Positions 8,416 through 17,696 of a stretch of 64,000 bases of DNA are shown here, in pieces. A model generated the notes under the pieces. That model saw nothing but the letters and a program-made list of their open reading frames with translations. It searched no databases and was not told the DNA's origin. The DNA is taken from positions 1 through 64,000 of the forward strand of contig JAWARQ010000002.1 in NCBI GenBank assembly GCA_038893355.1, written 5' to 3'. The stretch comes from Sulfolobaceae archaeon (lineage in GTDB: Archaea > Thermoproteota > Thermoprotei_A > Sulfolobales > Sulfolobaceae). The first letter of the stretch is position 1. The number at the start of each line of letters is the position of its first letter. Both the position numbers and the translations under genes were made by a program.

Positions 8416-9800
8416 TCTCCTAGCCTTTTAATTCTTACATTTCTTAACCTCATATTAGGCCCTCCCATCCATACTGGAACTCCTTGCATCGGTTCGCCCT
8501 TGCCACATAGTCCAGCATAGAACCTTAATTGATTATCAACAGCATCTATAGCCTTATATAACTCGCCAGTAGTAATTTCGAGTACTGGAAAGAGAATGGG
8601 ATCCCTAATTTCACCATTAACTATTTCATAAGCCTTCAGACCAACATATCTCTGGCCCCATCTTATATCATCAATGTTCCACTCCATATAAGATTCTAAG
8701 TATACCCCTTTCTTAACTCCTTCAAGTAATTCCTCAAATTTTATGTTTGAAGGTAAAAAGAACGTATTAGACATCCTTATTATTGGCTCAGATTCGTAAT
8801 CCATGGCCCTTGAAGACCCGTTACTCTTAACTCCGTATTTATACGCTGTAAACCTATTATGAAGTAATTCATTAACTTTTCCCTCTTTAATTAGAAACTT
8901 TCGCCTAGCTTCAATACCTTCGTCATCAACTAAGAAAAAGCCCATACTGTTCTCAAGTGTCGGATCGTCTACTAGGTTTACTACATTTGAACCAATTTCC
9001 GAAATTTTCATAACAGATAAATAGCTCTTTCCAGCCTGTGCCGCCTCTCTACCCAAAACCCTATCAGCCTCGAAGGGATGTCCAGTAGACTCATGTGCAA
9101 TTATTCCTGCAATCTTACTACTAACTACTACATCAGTAAGGGTAGGGCTTAGAGACCTGGCCCTATCTAATACCTTGTCCACCTTAATAATCTCATTCAT
9201 TACATATTCCCTTACATTCCATTCTTGCAATAATTCAAAACCTCCCGATGCGCCTAAATCATCAGACCATACAGTAGCAGTTCTATCTCCATTCTTTATC
9301 ACGAACGAAAAGTAAAACCAAATCCTAGGCACTCTCGATTTAACTCTTGAGCCTTCTGAGTTTAAGTATTCCTTCTCCTCTATACTCTCTAAATAGGATA
9401 AACTTAAAGATATTAGATTTCCTTTAAGCTTTAATGAAATCGCATCTTTATAAATTTCCTTTAATATTTTTATTTTTTCATCTAAACTTATATCACTAAA
9501 ATTAATCTTCTGTTTAACCTCATATTCCTTAATTATACTTCTCCCTTCTACATATCCTTCTTCCCAACCCCTTAATCTGGCCGAAAAAGGATTTAGATCA
9601 TCTATTGAGGAAGAAGCTTGAAAATAGATTACACCATCTCTAAAATACCTAAGTGAGAATCCAGACGTTTTTCTATCTTCTACTGATACCAAAGAACCAT
9701 TAACTAGTTCTATTGAAGATCTTACATTTTTATGATATCTTACCTCAGCAAACTTAGACACAGCCTCGGCTTTCTTTAAAATATCCTCTAAATTAGGCAT
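8412..9800 (-). CDS. tldD: TldD metalloprotease
   Basis: HESTGHPFEAD, DDEG, RMSNT, CGKGEPMQ. Confidence 0.92.
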   Translation of the reverse strand: MPNLEDILKKAEAVSKFAEVRYHKNVRSSIELVNGSLVSVEDRKTSGFSLRYFRDGVIYFQASSSIDDLNPFSARLRGWEEGYVEGRSIIKEYEVKQKINFSDISLDEKIKILKEIYKDAISLKLKGNLISLSLSYLESIEEKEYLNSEGSRVKSRVPRIWFYFSFVIKNGDRTATVWSDDLGASGGFELLQEWNVREYVMNEIIKVDKVLDRARSLSPTLTDVVVSSKIAGIIAHESTGHPFEADRVLGREAAQAGKSYLSVMKISEIGSNVVNLVDDPTLENSMGFFLVDDEGIEARRKFLIKEGKVNELLHNRFTAYKYGVKSNGSSRAMDYESEPIIRMSNTFFLPSNIKFEELLEGVKKGVYLESYMEWNIDDIRWGQRYVGLKAYEIVNGEIRDPILFPVLEITTGELYKAIDAVDNQLRFYAGLCGKGEPMQGVPVWMGGPNMRLRNVRIKRLGE

Positions 9801-10012
9801 TGTTATTATTTAGAATATTAGATATTAAATTCACCTAACCTCTTCTCTTAGAAATCTTTGCATTTTTTCCTTTATTTTATTTTCTTTTTTATATTAAAAT
9901 ATTCTGAACTAGATTTCTCATAACTATAAAATTTCTTAAGGGCAAAGTTTACTAGAATAAATATTAACAAGTAAGATAGAGTAGTTATAAATTCATTAGC
10001 ATAGGAAATAAT

Positions 10013-10630
10013 TTGATGATTGAAGTATTTACTGTAGGACCTCTGGAGACTAACTGTTATTTATTATATAATAGTAAGGAAGGTGTAGTAATTGATGCAG
10101 GTGGAATTGACTTAGAATCACTAATTGAGTTTATAGAGAAGGAGAATATTAAAGTAAAATACGTTCTAGCAACACACGGTCATTTTGACCATGTAATGGG
10201 TGTTAGACTATTAAAGGAAAGGTACAACACCCTATTTTTAATAAATGAAAAAGACCTTGAGTTGCTTAAAGATGCAGTGAGGATTGCGAAGTTATTTTCA
10301 ATAAGTATTGATAACGTTCCAGAACCAGATGCTTTTATTAAGGGAGATGATACAATCGAGGTTGGAAATATTAAGATAAGAGTAATTGAAACTCCGGGGC
10401 ATACGATGGGTAGCTTATGCTTTTTAGCTGAAGATTATCTATTCACTGGAGATACCCTCTTTTCAGGGACAATTGGTAGGACTGACTTAGGAGGTTCTGA
10501 AGAGCTTATGATAGAGAGTTTAAAGAAGCTAAAAATGATGGATGATAAGTTAAAGATAATGCCAGGGCACGGACCTCCCAGTATATTAGGCTATGAAAAG
10601 AAATACAATCCCTTCCTTGTTAACTTATAA
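10013..10630 (+). CDS. Metallo-beta-lactamase-fold hydrolase (glyoxalase II-like)
   Basis: THGHFDH, TPGHT, FTGDTLF, PGHG. Confidence 0.9.
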   Translation: MMIEVFTVGPLETNCYLLYNSKEGVVIDAGGIDLESLIEFIEKENIKVKYVLATHGHFDHVMGVRLLKERYNTLFLINEKDLELLKDAVRIAKLFSISIDNVPEPDAFIKGDDTIEVGNIKIRVIETPGHTMGSLCFLAEDYLFTGDTLFSGTIGRTDLGGSEELMIESLKKLKMMDDKLKIMPGHGPPSILGYEKKYNPFLVNL

Positions 10631-10877
10631 TTTTACTCTACTCATTTCATTTATTTTATATAGAGAATTAATATATTAAGGTAGTGAGTTTAGGTTTATT
10701 AGGGGCGTAAAGCATATTAAATCTCGTCCTTTGGATTAGAGTCCAAACTGAACTGAATGAGAATTTATTTTCTGTTAAAGAAAATTTTAACTAACTATAA
10801 GAGAATTCTGCTGGAAGAGAGTACTAAATCAGAAATAGCGATTAATGTATTTATACCACTAGCTTAAAGGAGAAAAC

Positions 10878-11084
10878 ATGAAAGGTATTTTAATAGGTAT
10901 AATAATATTCATTTTTAGTTTTGGACTTTCTATCCTCTTATTCTTAATCTCGGTAATTTACTCTATAGAGTTAGGGATTAGTATAAGTGCAATTAGCTTA
11001 ATTTTATCACTTATAATAGGATTAAGTATAGTAGCGTATATACTTGTTAATCTATATCTAAAGAAAATTAAGAAAAGGCAATAG
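10878..11084 (+). CDS. Small two-TM membrane protein
   Basis: 68 aa, two hydrophobic helices, basic tail, AGGAG upstream. Confidence 0.6.
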   Translation: MKGILIGIIIFIFSFGLSILLFLISVIYSIELGISISAISLILSLIIGLSIVAYILVNLYLKKIKKRQ

Positions 11085-11139
11085 TTGCATTAATAATTTG
11101 GTTTTTAAAACTCTGACTAGAAATAAGAATAGATGTAAT

Positions 11140-12018
11140 ATGTCTACACAGCAGTTACAACAAGTTCTCGTAGATACTAAATGGGTATTAGATAATTTAA
11201 AGAATCCGAAAGTGAGAATAGTAGAAGTTGATTACGACCCGAGCACTGCTTATAATGCATGGCATATACCGGGGGCTGTGCTAATTAGGTGGAGGGAGGA
11301 TCTTAGACATCCGGAAATCAGGGACTTTATTGGCCCTGATCAGTTTGCTGAATTAATGGCTAGGAAGGGTATCTCAAACGATACTACGGTAGTATTATAT
11401 GGTGACTATAACAATTGGTTTGCAGTCTATGCCTTTTGGTTATTTAAAGCGTATGGGCATCAAGATGTGAGGATATTAAATGGTGGAAGGACAAAATGGG
11501 CTAAAGAAAAATTACCTACAGAAACTGGGCCAGAACCACAATATCCGAGGGGTAATTATAAAGTTACCAAAGTAGATTGGGGAAGCCATAGGGCATTCTT
11601 CTGGGAAATATATCAGAAGGTAATTAAGGGTGAAGTAGGAAAGTCAGTAATGCTTGTCGATGTAAGATCACCAAAGGAATATACTGGTGAAATAAGAGCA
11701 CCACCAGAGTATGCTGATGAACAAACACAAGTAGGAGGTCATATACCAGGTGCTATAAGCTTTCCTTGGTCTACCGCAGTAAATCCAGATACTGGAGAAT
11801 TTAAGTCTCCAGAAGAATTAAGACAGATATTTGAGAAAGCAGGTGTTACTCCAGATAAGGAAATAATAACTTACTGTAGGATTGGAGAGAGAGCTGCACA
11901 TACTTGGTTCGTCTTAAAGTATTTACTAGGATATCCGGCAGTAAGGGTATATGATGGTTCATGGGCCGAATGGGGTAATCTAGTAGGAGTACCAGTAAAG
12001 AAAGGAGATAAACCGTAA
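11140..12018 (+). CDS. Tandem-domain rhodanese / thiosulfate sulfurtransferase
   Basis: HIPGA twice, active site YCRIGER, YDGSWAEW; start moved to ATG 11140. Confidence 0.93.
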   Translation: MSTQQLQQVLVDTKWVLDNLKNPKVRIVEVDYDPSTAYNAWHIPGAVLIRWREDLRHPEIRDFIGPDQFAELMARKGISNDTTVVLYGDYNNWFAVYAFWLFKAYGHQDVRILNGGRTKWAKEKLPTETGPEPQYPRGNYKVTKVDWGSHRAFFWEIYQKVIKGEVGKSVMLVDVRSPKEYTGEIRAPPEYADEQTQVGGHIPGAISFPWSTAVNPDTGEFKSPEELRQIFEKAGVTPDKEIITYCRIGERAAHTWFVLKYLLGYPAVRVYDGSWAEWGNLVGVPVKKGDKP

Positions 12019-12257
12019 TGTTAAAGAAGGTGCTAAAATTCGATAGAACTGAAACGTGTGGCAGTAAAAGTCCAGTAAGTATTATGCTTGAGGAAATTAA
12101 GGAACTTAAAAGTGGAGAAGAACTTCAAATATTATTAAACGATGAAGATTGGCTATTAGTACTAAAGAATCTCGTAATAATACATGATCTACCAGTTGAA
12201 ATAGAAGAGCAAGGAAAGGAGGATGGATTTATAAAAGTTTTAGTCAAATCAAAATAA
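12018..12257 (+). CDS. TusA/SirA-like sulfur-carrier protein (divergent)
   Basis: 79 aa, D..ETCGSKSP in place of CPxP, LKSGEELQILLND; TAATG overlap with the rhodanese. Confidence 0.65.
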   Translation: MLKKVLKFDRTETCGSKSPVSIMLEEIKELKSGEELQILLNDEDWLLVLKNLVIIHDLPVEIEEQGKEDGFIKVLVKSK

Positions 12258-12339
12258 TACCAATTTTTTCCTAATCAATAAAAATAATCAATTACGTTTA
12301 TTCTTTCTAATTATATATAAAAATTCTATATTTAAGATT

Positions 12340-13194
12340 TTATATGTTATCACTTTCGTTTTTTACTGCCTCTAAATAAGCAGTTTTAGCCATAAAGGAT
12401 GTTCTTGCTAATGGTGATGCAACAACCGACTTAAAGCCTAATTTTAGTGCATAATCCCTTAATTCTTCAAATTCTTGAATACTATAGTACTTCTTTACCT
12501 CTAAATTCTTCTTACTAGGCCTCATATATTGGGATATTACTAAAATATTAACGCCTACATATCTTAAATCTCTCATAGTTTCAATTATCTCTTCTCTAGA
12601 CTCTCCTAAACCTAGTAATATTGAAGACTTCTTAAACTTTACATTAGCAGTTTTTAAAACCTTCAGACTTTGATCATAGCTAGCTCTTCTATCCCTAACT
12701 AATGGAGTTAATCTTCTAACTGTTTCTATATTATGTGCAAAGACGTCTACTCCTGCGTCTACAACTTTCTTGACTGCCTCTTCATTACCACTGAAATCTG
12801 GGACTAAAACCTCAACTATAACTTTCGGATTTACTCTCTTTACTTCCCTAACGACCCTAGCAAAATGTTCTGCGCCTCCGTCGGGTAAGTCGTCTCTATC
12901 TACACTCGTTATTACTACATAATCTAAATTCATTTCCTTAACTGCATAGGCAATCCTTGTAGGCTCTTCAGGGTCTAGTGGAAGAGGTTTTCCTTTATTC
13001 ACATAACAAAACCTGCAACCTCTTGTGCAAATATTTCCCATTATCATGAACGTAGCAGTAGCTTCCTCTCCCCAACAGTACATAATATTAGGACATAGAG
13101 CTTCCTCACACACAGTCACTATCTTTTTAGAAACTACTATTGACGAGACCTTCTTAAAATTCTCGTTAATTCTTACGTTAATAATAGACTTCAT
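12340..13194 (-). CDS. lipA: Lipoyl synthase
   Basis: [23 protein letters not shown] motif. Confidence 0.95.
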   Translation of the reverse strand: MKSIINVRINENFKKVSSIVVSKKIVTVCEEALCPNIMYCWGEEATATFMIMGNICTRGCRFCYVNKGKPLPLDPEEPTRIAYAVKEMNLDYVVITSVDRDDLPDGGAEHFARVVREVKRVNPKVIVEVLVPDFSGNEEAVKKVVDAGVDVFAHNIETVRRLTPLVRDRRASYDQSLKVLKTANVKFKKSSILLGLGESREEIIETMRDLRYVGVNILVISQYMRPSKKNLEVKKYYSIQEFEELRDYALKLGFKSVVASPLARTSFMAKTAYLEAVKNESDNI

Positions 13195-13439
13195 TACTCT
13201 TCAACCTCAATAATAGGAGTTCCAGGCTTTACAATATCACCTTCTTTAACGTATACCTTAATAACTTTACCCGAATAAGGAGATTCAATCCTTAAAATTA
13301 CCTTCTCGATTTCTATTTCAGCTACGATATCGTTAACTCTAATAAACTCACCTTCTTTAACATATACCTTAACGACCTCTCCAACCCAATCAGTCCTTCT
13401 AGGCCATATATCTCTTGGAACTTCTATGGTTCTAAGCAC
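13194..13439 (-). CDS. Stand-alone lipoyl-domain (biotinyl/lipoyl carrier) protein
   Basis: [34 protein letters not shown] with conserved Lys; coupled to lipA. Confidence 0.85.
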   Translation of the reverse strand: MLRTIEVPRDIWPRRTDWVGEVVKVYVKEGEFIRVNDIVAEIEIEKVILRIESPYSGKVIKVYVKEGDIVKPGTPIIEVEE

Positions 13440-13577
13440 AAAGTATTTTAAGGAAGTATTAGTATAAAAATTATTTAACTTAATTGTCGTGAGTAGTAGA
13501 TATTATAACTAAAAAGTTTTTTGAAAGAAACTTTCCAATAATCAAATACTTAAAAACTTCTGTTTAAATATATCTAT

Positions 13578-15128
13578 ATGAATGTTGCAGACGCTTTCGT
13601 TAAACAAGCTCTAAAGTTAGGAATTAAGAGAGTTTATGGGAACCCTGGTACTACTGAAATGCCATTGCTTTCTGCTATTAAAGAGAATGAAATGCAGTAT
13701 ATTCTATTACTGAATGATGGCTTAGCCGTAGCATCGGCAGAAGGAGAAGCTCTATTTACATTGAAACCATCATTAGTTAGCTTGCATACTATTAATGGCC
13801 TAGGTAATGCAATAGCTTATATTTATACAGCATTAAAGAATAGGAGTCCTATAATAATAACTGCAGGACAACAAGATGAGAGATTTATATTTGATGAACC
13901 AATACTTTACGCCGATTTAAAGAGAATAGCCTCCCCAGTAGTTAAAGCTTCTTACGAGCCTAACACGCCAGAGGACGTCCCGAAATATTTGATTAGAGCA
14001 TGGAAGACAGCACTAACTCCGCCATATGGACCGGTATTCTTAAGCCTACCATTAAATCTAATGGAGAGTGAAATTAATTATGTTCCAATAGAAGCTAACT
14101 TAAACTACTCTTATGGTATTAGCGAGGAGATAGTCAAAAAGATTGCAGAATTAATAAATCAGAGTCAAAATCCAGCAATTATTGCAGGATATGAAATAGA
14201 TCTATATAACGTACATGATGAGTTATTAGAATTTGTAGAATATTCTAAAATACCCGTTTATGCGGAGCCAGTGCCTATTCGAGCACCATTTCCATCAGAT
14301 CATCCACTATTTATAAGAGAGCTACCCCCGTTTGCGCCAGTAATAAACTATTTACTTAAGGATCATGACCTTATACTTTTGATAGGTTCCTCTATTTTAT
14401 TATATATTTATGCTCCAGAGGAATTACTTAGAGATAAGAAAGTAATTCAAATAACTTATGATCCAGAAGAAGCTTCAAAGAGAGTATGGGATACTTATGT
14501 ATGTGATATAAAATTATTACTAAAAAATCTTAAAAAAATTGTAAAACCTAAAAACAACTTAGTTAGTAAAAAAGAAAGTATTAATATTGAACCCTCTCCC
14601 CAGCAAGATTATGTAATATTCTCTCTGAGAAGATTTGTAAAGGAGAGAAGTATATTCTTTGAAGCCGTTTCTTCTGAACAAGCCATACACAAGCTACTGG
14701 GTTATAGACCGAGGGGGTATTTCTTTACAAAGACCTCCCATCTAGGGTGGGCTCTTCCTGCATCGATTGGCTTTGCGTTAGCTGGAGGTAAGCCGTTAGT
14801 CTTAATTGGTGATGGTAGTTTTAATTATGCACCTCAAGCGCTCTGGACCATTTCTAAGTTAGGCCTTGACGTAAAAATTATAGTAATAGATAATCAGGGC
14901 TATGGTATTTTAAGAGATGGTGCATATATTAAGTATAAAAATATAATTGATGAATATTGGATGAACCCAGAAACAGATACTGTTAAAATAAGTAATGCTT
15001 ATAAAGTAGAAGCTAAGGAATGTGATGATATAAAAAGAATTGATGAATGTCTAAATTGGCTAATGAATGATAATACGCCAAAATTATTAACTGTTAAAGT
15101 CGAGAGAAGGGTTAATCCCTTAATTTAG
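13578..15128 (+). CDS. ThDP-dependent enzyme, benzoylformate decarboxylase-like
   Basis: YGNPGTTE, GDGSFNY..DNQGYGIL. Confidence 0.85.
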   Translation: MNVADAFVKQALKLGIKRVYGNPGTTEMPLLSAIKENEMQYILLLNDGLAVASAEGEALFTLKPSLVSLHTINGLGNAIAYIYTALKNRSPIIITAGQQDERFIFDEPILYADLKRIASPVVKASYEPNTPEDVPKYLIRAWKTALTPPYGPVFLSLPLNLMESEINYVPIEANLNYSYGISEEIVKKIAELINQSQNPAIIAGYEIDLYNVHDELLEFVEYSKIPVYAEPVPIRAPFPSDHPLFIRELPPFAPVINYLLKDHDLILLIGSSILLYIYAPEELLRDKKVIQITYDPEEASKRVWDTYVCDIKLLLKNLKKIVKPKNNLVSKKESINIEPSPQQDYVIFSLRRFVKERSIFFEAVSSEQAIHKLLGYRPRGYFFTKTSHLGWALPASIGFALAGGKPLVLIGDGSFNYAPQALWTISKLGLDVKIIVIDNQGYGILRDGAYIKYKNIIDEYWMNPETDTVKISNAYKVEAKECDDIKRIDECLNWLMNDNTPKLLTVKVERRVNPLI

Positions 15129-16389
15129 AACTTTTATAAAGTTTTATAAACTCCTCATATCCTTTTTCGAGATCTATAATAGGATAAGGATAATCCTTAC
15201 CTATTATTAACTTTAGTTCTTTTTGTAAGGACGATGGAATTTTCCAAGGTTCATGAATATATTCTTTAGGAATATCTTTAAGTTCATGAACCCACCTTCT
15301 TATATATGTGCCTTCAGGATCGTACTTTTTACCTTGTTCAATTATGTTAAATTTTCTAAAAGGTCTGGGATCTACACCGATACTGGCAACCCATTGCCAA
15401 TTTGCCGTGTTTATAATATAGTCACCATCAATTAAGTTCTTCATAAAGTGAAGAGCCCCTTTCTTCCAATCAATTCTCAATATCTTAGTGAGAAAGAATG
15501 CTGTTAATAATCTTAATCTATTATCCATCCATCCAGTTTCTGAAAGCTCCCTCATTGCTGCATCAATTATGGGATAACCTGTTCTCCCTTCAGTCCATGC
15601 CCTAAAGTCTTCTTCACTTTCTCTCCAATTAATCGGTAATCTCCTAATACCATAAACTAGATAATTAAAATCACTCGTATACAACTGATAGTAAAAGTCC
15701 CTCCAGCAAATTTGTCTTCTAACTTCTTCCATGTTTAACTCATGATATACTACTCTTACTGATATCAAGCCAATTTTAATGTAGGGTGAAAGTTTAGTAG
15801 TATTATGCCAGTCATAAACTCTCTTTTCCTTAAATTCCTTAAGTCTCTCCATTGCACATTCCTCAGTAGCACAAGGTATTTTATACCCTGAAAATAGATT
15901 CGGAACATCATTACCTTCTCCGAAGAAATTACCTTTCGGAAAACCTAAAGGAAGATCCTTTTTGACCTCTTTCCATTTCATATAATAGCTAGTAAATAGT
16001 TTATAGATCGGTATTTCTCCTTTCTCTACTAAAACATGATCCTTAAAGGTCTTACACTCTAGATGGTTACAGACTTCAGAATCCCTCTTAGACGAATAGT
16101 ATCCATAATCTCTGTTAAAGTAAACTTTGTTCGTCTCAAACTTTTTTGAAGCCTTAATCAATTCTTTAACGGGATTTCCATAAAATACAGTTAAAGGTAT
16201 CTTCTTAGAAAGTGACCTTACTGCCTCTAGGTAAAATTGAGCTCTGCGAGGTGATGTGTCGTCCCTAAACATAATATTTGGATCTATTACGACTACTGGA
16301 AATACCTTTTCACACTCTTCAGATGCTTTTACAAGTCCGACGTTATCAAAGATCCTTAAGTCTCTTCTGAACCAGAATATACACTTCAT
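15112..16389 (-). CDS. phrB: DNA photolyase
   Basis: WFRRDLRIFDN, GRTGYPIIDAAMREL..TGWMDNRLR, NWQW. Confidence 0.93.
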   Translation of the reverse strand: MKCIFWFRRDLRIFDNVGLVKASEECEKVFPVVVIDPNIMFRDDTSPRRAQFYLEAVRSLSKKIPLTVFYGNPVKELIKASKKFETNKVYFNRDYGYYSSKRDSEVCNHLECKTFKDHVLVEKGEIPIYKLFTSYYMKWKEVKKDLPLGFPKGNFFGEGNDVPNLFSGYKIPCATEECAMERLKEFKEKRVYDWHNTTKLSPYIKIGLISVRVVYHELNMEEVRRQICWRDFYYQLYTSDFNYLVYGIRRLPINWRESEEDFRAWTEGRTGYPIIDAAMRELSETGWMDNRLRLLTAFFLTKILRIDWKKGALHFMKNLIDGDYIINTANWQWVASIGVDPRPFRKFNIIEQGKKYDPEGTYIRRWVHELKDIPKEYIHEPWKIPSSLQKELKLIIGKDYPYPIIDLEKGYEEFIKLYKSSKLRD

Positions 16390-16440
16390 GGTAAGGATTA
16401 GTTAGAGAAAACTAAAAATTCGAATTAGAATTTTTCTTAC

Positions 16441-16496
16441 AATCAGACCATCTAGCTTTCTTCACTTCTCAGTGCTCAGCCAGCTACATCATTCAA
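16441..16496 (-). ncRNA. Box C/D methylation-guide sRNA
   Basis: ATGATGT (C) - 13 nt - CTGA (D') - GTGAAGA (C') - 12 nt - CTGA (D); intergenic. Confidence 0.75.
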
Positions 16497-16533
16497 TTTT
16501 AACTTCATAAGCATTGTATAAATAATTTTAATT

Positions 16534-17664
16534 ATGACTAGCCTCCTAGAGAAGATAAGACCGCAGAATGAAGGTCAGAATAAAGTTCTAGAAGCTCTTA
16601 TGAATGAAAAGTATACGATAGTTGGGATTTTCGGACCTACTGGAAGTGGGAAATCTCTTCTTACGCTTGCATATGGTATTGATGCAGTTACACAAGGTAA
16701 GTATAGGAGATTCTTAGTTGTAAAGCCTTTAGTAGATGTAGTTTCTGGAAAGGAGTACACTATGACGGAGGCTAAGGAAGAATTTGAGAAGCTTTCTAGA
16801 CAGTATCTTATAGACGTTATAGGAACTTTTTTGACACAAAATGAAATTGATGATCTGATCAAGTCAGAAAAGATTTCTATAATTGATGGGCATTTTCTAA
16901 AGGGGAGAACGTTTGATGATACTTTAGTGTTTTTAGATGATGCACAGAATATTAAGCTTGAGGCGTTAATAGAATTAATAGTAAGATTAGGTAAGAAGAG
17001 TAGGCTAATAATAGCAGCTGACCCAATATTTCAAAAGAGTCCTTATGCACCCATTAATCTTATGAGGGACATCTTGTCTAATGAACAGAATGCTATAGTA
17101 GTTGATTTAGGAGTAAGGGATGTAGTAAGAGAAGGGGCGAAGGTTGGGATTAGGTTCTTGCTAGAATATACCTTAAGATCTAGAAAGTTAGGTGATACAG
17201 AATTAAAGGCACTAGAGGTAATAAGAGCTCATTCGCCAGATGCTGATATAGTAACGCTAATTGATTTAGATGAATTGATAAAAAAATATGGAATCTCTTC
17301 TGACTATGTCCCAAGATATTTAGTAATAGTAAAGCAAGGTTATCTAGGCAGGCTAGTAGGAAAGGGTGGAGAAAGGATAAATGCTGTTGAAAAGGAGCTC
17401 AATGCAAAAGTTAGGGCAATAGAACTGGATGTCAATTTATCGAATTATATCAGAGCTATACATCCAGTGAGTTGGATTTGGAAGAAAATTGAAGTAGACT
17501 TTATGGGTGCATACATAGCAATTAAGACGTCAAGTGATAACTTAGGTCCATTACTTGGTCAAAAGGGGAGTTATATTAGATTCTTGCATGAGGTTTCTGA
17601 AAGGTTATTAGGAATAGGAGTTAAGGTTATACAAGTAGAAGAAGAAGAGAAAAAGAAGAAATAA
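16534..17664 (+). CDS. PhoH-like ATPase fused to KH RNA-binding domains
   Basis: GPTGSGKS, KGRTF, DDAQN; C-terminal GRLVGKGG and GPLLGQKG KH loops. Confidence 0.88.
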   Translation: MTSLLEKIRPQNEGQNKVLEALMNEKYTIVGIFGPTGSGKSLLTLAYGIDAVTQGKYRRFLVVKPLVDVVSGKEYTMTEAKEEFEKLSRQYLIDVIGTFLTQNEIDDLIKSEKISIIDGHFLKGRTFDDTLVFLDDAQNIKLEALIELIVRLGKKSRLIIAADPIFQKSPYAPINLMRDILSNEQNAIVVDLGVRDVVREGAKVGIRFLLEYTLRSRKLGDTELKALEVIRAHSPDADIVTLIDLDELIKKYGISSDYVPRYLVIVKQGYLGRLVGKGGERINAVEKELNAKVRAIELDVNLSNYIRAIHPVSWIWKKIEVDFMGAYIAIKTSSDNLGPLLGQKGSYIRFLHEVSERLLGIGVKVIQVEEEEKKKK

Positions 17665-17696
17665 TTTTAAAAAAGTGCAGTAATTTCGATATTATT

